Source: an uncultured Erysipelotrichaceae bacterium (GTDB taxonomy: Bacteria; Bacillota_I; Bacilli_A; Erysipelotrichales; Erysipelotrichaceae). From it: a stretch of DNA of 32,000 nucleotides. Shown here piece after piece: positions 26,215 to 32,000 of this stretch; position 1 is the first letter of the stretch; the number at the start of each line of letters is the position of its first letter. A model generated the notes under the pieces. That model was not told the DNA's origin, made no database searches, and saw only the letters and a list, made by a program, of their open reading frames with translations. A program made the position numbers and the translations under genes. The stretch lies in contig CAYNZZ010000001.1 of assembly GCA_964401865.1 (NCBI GenBank), positions 30,001 through 62,000 on the forward strand, in the 5' to 3' direction.

Positions 26215-28232
26215 TGCAGTATTTTCTTTATCCAATTATATTGATTGCTTATTTTGAAATACTTGGTCGATATATATTTATGAAATTAAATAAAAAACCT
26301 TTTGAATTTTCGTTTATCATTGGTTTTTTATTTGTGATGGCAGTTTTGTATCTTACATCTTGGCCAATCACAGCATTTAATGGTTCATTTTATATCTTAT
26401 TGGCATATTACGTAGTATTGTTTTTGATTAGTTTAATATTGATTATCAAAGATTTTAAAAAGATAGACTTTCATTTCGACATTAAGATGTGGATGATTTT
26501 ACTTATATTTTTAGTTTTTGGTATCTTCATATCAAGTAAAAGAACATTGGGCGATCCGCATGGCTTTGATCAACTATACTATATAAATATGATGAGTTTT
26601 AATATCGGAAATACACAGATGAACACTCTGCATCCGCACTTTGGTACATATCCCAATACAGATGTTCAATGGATTACTTATGTATTCCAATCATACTATT
26701 ACTTTATTCCGGTTTTAATCTATATTTTTAGAACAGCTTTATCTTTTATTGGCATGTCTTTTGAAACACTTCCGGCTATTGTTTGGGGTTTTCAAATAGT
26801 GCAGAGTTTTATATTTATAGGTACGGCTATATTGTGCATTCAAGAATTAAAAGATAAGAGCAAGCTATTTAATGTGGCAATGGCCGTTTTATTGATTCTT
26901 TTCTTAGGGAATCTATATTACAACAATGTCTATGGCTTTATCGGCAATAATTATCGCATGGCTATCCATGCAATTTCGACGCTATTTTTGTTTAGATATT
27001 TTAACGATAGAGATAAGACTTGGTTATATTTATTCTATATGTCGATGCTGGGAATGTGCGCTGTTTCTTCAACTGGTACTTTTTCATTTGTCTTTGTGTT
27101 GTTTGGATTATTTTTTGTCTTATACAACAGAGAAGAAAATATTCTTAAACATTACGCTATTGTTTTGTTTGTTCCACTCGTTAATATTATTATCACCAAA
27201 ACAGGACAAAAATGGTGGGTATATGTAGCGATATTGATATTTGTAATAGCTGTATATTTATTAAATGATTTGATACTAAAGATTTATCAAAATAAAGCTA
27301 TTCGCATTGGAACATTGATATTGGTGATGCTAATTTTCGTTATTGGATCATCTATTTTGACAAAAAATCTATTCAATATCGATAAGTTTTTTACTAATTA
27401 TTCAGAAGTTCAGGACATGTCTTGGGATTATTTTGATTTCTATGATTATAAGCATTGGATATTTAATCTCATTGTGCTAATTCCATTCTTTTATCATATA
27501 TTTAAAAATCCCAGACATCCTCTGTCTGTTATTTCTTGGGTATTGATTATTACTTTCTTTAATCCGCTTGGCAGTGCGATGATGAATAAAATTAATTGGG
27601 TATATTATCGTTCGTACGATATAATCATCAATCAGTTTACACTTATTTATTTCTTACAGTATTTTAGAGATAATTTAAAACTTAAAGAAATATATAATGT
27701 CACAATATTAGCGTTATCAACTATTTTAGCGACTGTTCAAATTCCGTCGTATTGGCATGAAACTTTTGTGCCGGACGATGATTTTAATCCTATTTTTAAG
27801 ATCTCAAACAGCGAATTAGAAGTCATATATAACGTTAGACAGATGATTGAAGATAAAAGTATTAAAAATCCGGCTATTATTACAAGTACATTTTATATGC
27901 CGAGTTTTATTGAAGGTTCTACATATCTATACGGAAAAGAGAAGAGATATAATTATGGAAAATTAGAAAGTAACAGTTATTCTCTTTATCTTATCTTTTT
28001 TCCAACCGGTGATTATGATAATTTCAGACCAGATGAAGAACCGCAATATAAAGATGTAATCAGTTTACTAAAAGAGTGCAAATATGATGTGTTAGTCTTA
28101 GAATACGGCTTATACGCTCCGGTTGACGATAAGTATGTTCCTATTGTTGATTTAGTTGAAGAAGATGGAACATATCAAAGAAGTGAATATTCTACATCTA
28201 AATACGCTGTGTATTATCTTACTCACGAATAA
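26214..28232 (+). CDS. Large polytopic membrane protein with a C-terminal soluble domain. The family was not recognised; it may be a glycan polymerase or GT-C-like enzyme.
   Basis: 672 aa with at least 12 hydrophobic segments, then an about 150-aa hydrophilic tail. The start ATG overlaps the upstream stop (taATG), indicating translational coupling with the GT-C-like gene. Confidence 0.6.
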   Translation: MQYFLYPIILIAYFEILGRYIFMKLNKKPFEFSFIIGFLFVMAVLYLTSWPITAFNGSFYILLAYYVVLFLISLILIIKDFKKIDFHFDIKMWMILLIFLVFGIFISSKRTLGDPHGFDQLYYINMMSFNIGNTQMNTLHPHFGTYPNTDVQWITYVFQSYYYFIPVLIYIFRTALSFIGMSFETLPAIVWGFQIVQSFIFIGTAILCIQELKDKSKLFNVAMAVLLILFLGNLYYNNVYGFIGNNYRMAIHAISTLFLFRYFNDRDKTWLYLFYMSMLGMCAVSSTGTFSFVFVLFGLFFVLYNREENILKHYAIVLFVPLVNIIITKTGQKWWVYVAILIFVIAVYLLNDLILKIYQNKAIRIGTLILVMLIFVIGSSILTKNLFNIDKFFTNYSEVQDMSWDYFDFYDYKHWIFNLIVLIPFFYHIFKNPRHPLSVISWVLIITFFNPLGSAMMNKINWVYYRSYDIIINQFTLIYFLQYFRDNLKLKEIYNVTILALSTILATVQIPSYWHETFVPDDDFNPIFKISNSELEVIYNVRQMIEDKSIKNPAIITSTFYMPSFIEGSTYLYGKEKRYNYGKLESNSYSLYLIFFPTGDYDNFRPDEEPQYKDVISLLKECKYDVLVLEYGLYAPVDDKYVPIVDLVEEDGTYQRSEYSTSKYAVYYLTHE

Positions 28233-28581
28233 CTAGCTCGATTAAATTAAAGATGAAAATGTTTAGAGTATAAGGATATATCTAGAACTTTTTATAAAAT
28301 GACCGGACGTTTTGATATCACGAGTTATGTGCGCGGAAATATAAGCCTTAGCGTAAGGCATTCTTATTTTGTAAATAAAAAAACTTATTATTTGACAACC
28401 GCAACAATAATGAATAGTTTATCATATATTGTTCAAACTCTTAAGTGTTATATAGCGACAGTGCAAAATAAAAAGGGTAGCAATATACAATAAACTAAGA
28501 GGTGACATAATAACTATATTTAAGACATCGAACTAATGATGCGTAGCGGTTATTGTGGCGTTTAACAAAAAACAATAATAC

Positions 28582-28590
28582 TGATATAAT
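28582..28590 (+). promoter_or_regulatory. Extended -10 promoter element immediately upstream of the flippase gene
   Basis: TGATATAAT (TGnTATAAT) lies 7 nt before the ATG at 28598. No SD is present. Confidence 0.45.
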
Positions 28591-28597
28591 CTAAACT

Positions 28598-30037
28598 ATG
28601 GACAGAAAACTATTTACTAATTATATTTATAATATTTTATACCAACTAGTTAAGGTTGTTATGCCGATTATTATTGTTCCATATACAATGGGACACCTTG
28701 GCGAGACAACATTAGGTATTAGCGATTTCGCTTCTAACATCGCTTCGTGGTTTATTTTGTTTGGCACTTTAGGAGCTAATGTTTATGGCAATAGACAAAT
28801 AGCTAGAGTCAGAGATAACGAGGAAGATAGATCAAGGACTTTCTTTGAGATTATCACGATGCAGATAATAAATATGAGTATTGCGTTATTTCTATATGTC
28901 GCATATACATATTTCTTTGTTAAGGAAAATCAGATTATCTATGTATTACATTGTCTAACAATAATTTCTTCAGCTTTTGAAATTACATGGTTTTATTACG
29001 GAGTCGAAGATTTTAAAACCGTTTCAATTCGCAATATCATTATTAAAATAGTTGGCGTTGGTTTGATAATGTTGTTTGTAAAATCACCTGCTGATCTTTG
29101 GCTGTATGTAGTGATTAATTCCGGCACAGATTTGCTTGGGCAAGTTATTATGTACGCTAAATTGAGAGAGTATATCCATTTTGTAAGGTTTAATGTATTT
29201 AAAGGATATATGAAACATATTGGCGCAACATTCACTCTATTTGTTCCAACCATTGCAATTAGTGTTTACACTTTACTAGACCAAACGATGTTGGGGTTTT
29301 TGACCGATGACACCGCTAATGTTGCACTATACAAAGCAGCTCAAGGTTTTGTAAAAATGTTTTTGTATTTCATCACTTCAATAGGATCGGTAATGATGCC
29401 AAGAATCGCCAATCGTTATGAGAAGAGCAACAATAGTGATGAAGTAAATAGATACTTAAATACAACATTCCATCTAGCTATCTTTTTAGCTATACCAATG
29501 ATGATGGCTATGATTGTTGTTTCGCCATACTTTATTCCATGGTATTTGCCTGAACAACTCACAATTATCTCTTTGATACAATATTCTAGTCCGATTGTTT
29601 TATTTATATCAATAAGTAATGTTTTTGGTATGCAATATCTTGTGCCAACCGGACACAACAAAGAATATACAACTTCAGTCATTGCTGGAGCAGTTATCAA
29701 TTGCATAGTCAATTTAATTTTGATACCTAAGTATGCTGGCGTTGGTGCTGCCATCGGCAGTGTGTGTGCGGAATTTGCAGTTATGTTTGTGCAATTCTTA
29801 TTTGTTAGGGATAAAATCGAAATCCATGCGTTTAAAAGCTTTTTGTTGTATGTGATAGCATCAATTGCCATGAGTGTAGCGGTGGTTATGATTGGCAATA
29901 TCATGGGTCCTAGCTTCTTATGCAATGTAGTTCAAGCACTTGTCGGCACTTGTATATATGGTTTAATTTTGTTGGTCACAAGAGAACAAATGCTTGTGAC
30001 ATTTATCAATAAATTTTTAAGGAGAAATCATGAGTAG
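28598..30037 (+). CDS. Polysaccharide/oligosaccharide flippase (Wzx-like, MOP superfamily)
   Basis: 479 aa with about 12-14 TM segments. The length and topology are typical of Wzx/polysaccharide-biosynthesis proteins, and the gene overlaps the GT2 gene by 8 nt. Confidence 0.75.
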   Translation: MDRKLFTNYIYNILYQLVKVVMPIIIVPYTMGHLGETTLGISDFASNIASWFILFGTLGANVYGNRQIARVRDNEEDRSRTFFEIITMQIINMSIALFLYVAYTYFFVKENQIIYVLHCLTIISSAFEITWFYYGVEDFKTVSIRNIIIKIVGVGLIMLFVKSPADLWLYVVINSGTDLLGQVIMYAKLREYIHFVRFNVFKGYMKHIGATFTLFVPTIAISVYTLLDQTMLGFLTDDTANVALYKAAQGFVKMFLYFITSIGSVMMPRIANRYEKSNNSDEVNRYLNTTFHLAIFLAIPMMMAMIVVSPYFIPWYLPEQLTIISLIQYSSPIVLFISISNVFGMQYLVPTGHNKEYTTSVIAGAVINCIVNLILIPKYAGVGAAIGSVCAEFAVMFVQFLFVRDKIEIHAFKSFLLYVIASIAMSVAVVMIGNIMGPSFLCNVVQALVGTCIYGLILLVTREQMLVTFINKFLRRNHE

Positions 30038-30992
30038 GGTTAGTGTTGTAGTGCCGATATACAATGTAGAAAACTATTTAAGACATAATTTAAAATCATT
30101 ACATGAACAGACCTATAACGATTTTGAAGTATTGTGCATCAATGATGGTTCAACTGATGGTTCTCAGAATATTATTGATGAATTTGTTAAACTTGATAAA
30201 AGATTTAAATCATTTATTAAAGAAAATGGTGGACTATCCGACGCAAGAAACTATGGCTTAAAAAAAGCACAGGGTGAGTACATCATGTTTATTGACGGTG
30301 ATGATTTCGTTGAAAAAGATATGTTAGAGGCATCGGTTAAACATATGGATGACGATGATTTAGATATTTTTGTCTTTGGGTATAATCAATATTATTTAGA
30401 AAAAAATACCAGTGAATTTATATCTCTTGACATTGATGACTCTGTAACAAGTTTAAAAGAAAATAAAAGCATTTTAGCCAAAACTCCCAACGCTGCCTGG
30501 AATAAGATGTATAAAAAAAGTCTTTTTATTGACAATGGTATTACATATCCATATGGCTATCGCCACCAAGATTTGGGTACAACTGCAAAATTGCTTTACT
30601 TAGCTAATAAAATAGGATATGAGAATAAAGCGTATTATAATTATTTAGTTGATAGACCGAATAATATCACAAGAATGGTTGATGATAAGATTTACCACAT
30701 TATCGATATGTGCGAAGAAATTGTCAACTATTATATAGAAAAAGAATATTTTGACGAAGTTTATGATGAATTATATTATTTAGTAAATACCAATTTAATT
30801 AAATCACTACGCAAAGCAATGACACTAGGCGATAAAAAATTCGTATTAAAATTTATTGATGATGTGTTCAGGTTTAGAAAAAAGTATTTCTCGAGTTCTT
30901 CAAATAAATACAATATATTAGAAGAAAAAGGCAACAACATTTATATGAATAAAAATTTATGTAAAATATACTATTTGTACAAACAACTGTAA
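30030..30992 (+). CDS. Family 2 glycosyltransferase
   Basis: VSVVVPIYNVENYLRHNLKSLHEQTYNDFEVLCINDGSTDGS followed by FIDGDDF (DxD). This is the canonical GT2 (GT-A) N-terminal domain. Confidence 0.9.
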   Translation: MSRVSVVVPIYNVENYLRHNLKSLHEQTYNDFEVLCINDGSTDGSQNIIDEFVKLDKRFKSFIKENGGLSDARNYGLKKAQGEYIMFIDGDDFVEKDMLEASVKHMDDDDLDIFVFGYNQYYLEKNTSEFISLDIDDSVTSLKENKSILAKTPNAAWNKMYKKSLFIDNGITYPYGYRHQDLGTTAKLLYLANKIGYENKAYYNYLVDRPNNITRMVDDKIYHIIDMCEEIVNYYIEKEYFDEVYDELYYLVNTNLIKSLRKAMTLGDKKFVLKFIDDVFRFRKKYFSSSSNKYNILEEKGNNIYMNKNLCKIYYLYKQL

Positions 30993-31006
30993 AAGGAGAA
31001 AAAGAA

Positions 31007-31990
31007 ATGGCAAAAATATTCATTACCGGTGGAGCTGGTTTCATTGGCTCAACCACATCTGAGAGATTATTAAAAGAAGGACACGATATTGTAACAATCG
31101 ATAATTTTAATGAATATTATGATTCGAAATTAAAAAGAGAAAATGTTGAAATTGTTGAAAAAGTCGCAAGAGAAAATGGTCGAAGTTACGAAGTGGTGGA
31201 AGGTGATGTCAGAGATTTTGAATTGATGAACAAGATTTTTGATGAGCATAATTTCGATGTCGTAATAGCTTGGGCGGCTAATGCGGGCGTTAGGCCTTCG
31301 ATTGAAGATCCAAGATTTTATATTGATGTAAATATAATGGGATTGACTAATCTTCTGGAGTGTATGCGAACACACGATGTTAAAAAATTGGTGTTTATTT
31401 CATCGAGCAGTGTTTATGGCAACAATCCAAAGGTGCCATTTAGCGAAAAAGATGCGGTCGATCACCCTATTTCTCCATATGCGGCTTCAAAGAAATCTGG
31501 TGAATTAATCTGTTATACATATCATTCTTTATTTAATATTGATACTCACTGTCTACGATACTTTACTGTTTATGGACCAAGACAAAGACCAGATTTAGCC
31601 ATCAATAAATTTACTAGATTAATGCTTGAAGGCAAAGCGATTCCAATGTTTGGCAATGGCACAACTTCTAGAGATTATACATATGTTGATGATATTGTTG
31701 ATGGAACAATTCGTTCAATGAATTATCTTTTAAATCACGATGACGTTTATGATATTTTTAATTTAGGCGGCAGCAGACCGATAAGTTTAAAAGGATTAAT
31801 TGATGTTATTGCTGAAGAGTTAAATGTTACACCGGTTATTGAACAATTGCCAATGCAACCTGGCGATGTTAATGTGACATATAGTGATTTTTCGCATGCT
31901 AAAGAGGTATTGGATTATAATCCGCAAGTTGAGATTAAAGAAGGTATTCATAATTTTGTAGAATGGTATAAAGAGAAATATGAAAAATAA
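31007..31990 (+). CDS. NAD-dependent epimerase/dehydratase, UDP-glucuronate 4-epimerase-like
   Basis: Contains Rossmann GGAGFIGS, catalytic YAASK, and LRYFTVYGPRQRPDLA...SRDYTYVDDIVDG, a pattern typical of the Cap1J/GlaKP-type UDP-sugar 4-epimerases. Confidence 0.85.
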   Translation: MAKIFITGGAGFIGSTTSERLLKEGHDIVTIDNFNEYYDSKLKRENVEIVEKVARENGRSYEVVEGDVRDFELMNKIFDEHNFDVVIAWAANAGVRPSIEDPRFYIDVNIMGLTNLLECMRTHDVKKLVFISSSSVYGNNPKVPFSEKDAVDHPISPYAASKKSGELICYTYHSLFNIDTHCLRYFTVYGPRQRPDLAINKFTRLMLEGKAIPMFGNGTTSRDYTYVDDIVDGTIRSMNYLLNHDDVYDIFNLGGSRPISLKGLIDVIAEELNVTPVIEQLPMQPGDVNVTYSDFSHAKEVLDYNPQVEIKEGIHNFVEWYKEKYEK

Positions 31991-32000
31991 AATCTCGATT

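Noticed and set aside
28299-28493. 64-aa ORF in the long spacer before the flippase gene
   Set aside because: It has no SD, odd composition and no recognisable motif. It is probably a chance ORF. The region is kept as a non-coding curiosity instead.
14473-31375. Remaining short antisense or alternative-frame ORFs: 14473-14667, 15274-15483, 16732-16977, 17797-18012, 22125-22340, 22562-22753, 23754-23987, 25935-26120, 26926-27228, 28996-29253, 29416-29925, 30874-31056 and 31130-31375. The ORFs 1674-1862 and 2130-2435, which lie outside this interval, were rejected for the same reason.
   Set aside because: Each is nested in a longer ORF that has clear family motifs or a membrane-protein character. 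None has an SD or a recognisable domain.
1-32000. CRISPR arrays, transposases, integrases, prophage or IS elements
   Set aside because: No regularly spaced direct repeats and no recombinase, transposase or phage-structural motifs were seen in any of the listed ORFs on either strand.

Overview
This window is the chromosomal replication-origin region of a visibly AT-rich bacterium. By eye it is about 30% GC; this was not computed. The genome uses the standard code: TGA ends the ORF at 21323-21325 and Trp is TGG. Gene order and the short 4.5S-type SRP RNA suggest a Firmicutes lineage near Erysipelotrichia or Acholeplasma, which is inference only.

Left of about 3.2 kb everything is on the minus strand:
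- metQ-metI-metN behind a Met T-box leader
- an XRE-type HTH membrane protein

From oriC onward everything is on the plus strand:
- Replication and housekeeping core: dnaA, dnaN, yaaA, recF, gyrB, gyrA, a YitT-like membrane protein, a Ser T-box plus serS, a HAD hydrolase, SRP RNA, tadA, dnaX, ybaB and recR
- Accessory stretch: two unannotatable genes, tRNA-Gln(CUG) and two hypothetical proteins
- mnmG and psuG
- A cell-envelope glycan cluster: a GT-C-like transferase, a 672-aa polytopic protein, a Wzx flippase, a GT2 transferase and a UDP-sugar epimerase

DnaA-box clusters flank dnaA, and two perfect parS sites bracket serS.

The most unusual content is a two-gene cassette at 18337-20346. It encodes a CARF plus PD-(D/E)xK protein (Card1/Can2-like) and a PUA-like domain protein. 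It is attached directly to the recR stop codon and bounded by tRNA-Gln, and no CRISPR-Cas or cyclic-oligonucleotide synthase is visible in the window.

Two housekeeping genes are interrupted. serS carries an in-frame TAA. metN carries a frameshift in an A7 tract that is also a perfect -1 slippery heptamer.

No CRISPR array, transposase, integrase or prophage gene was seen. All family assignments come from reading motifs by eye; no database search was run.
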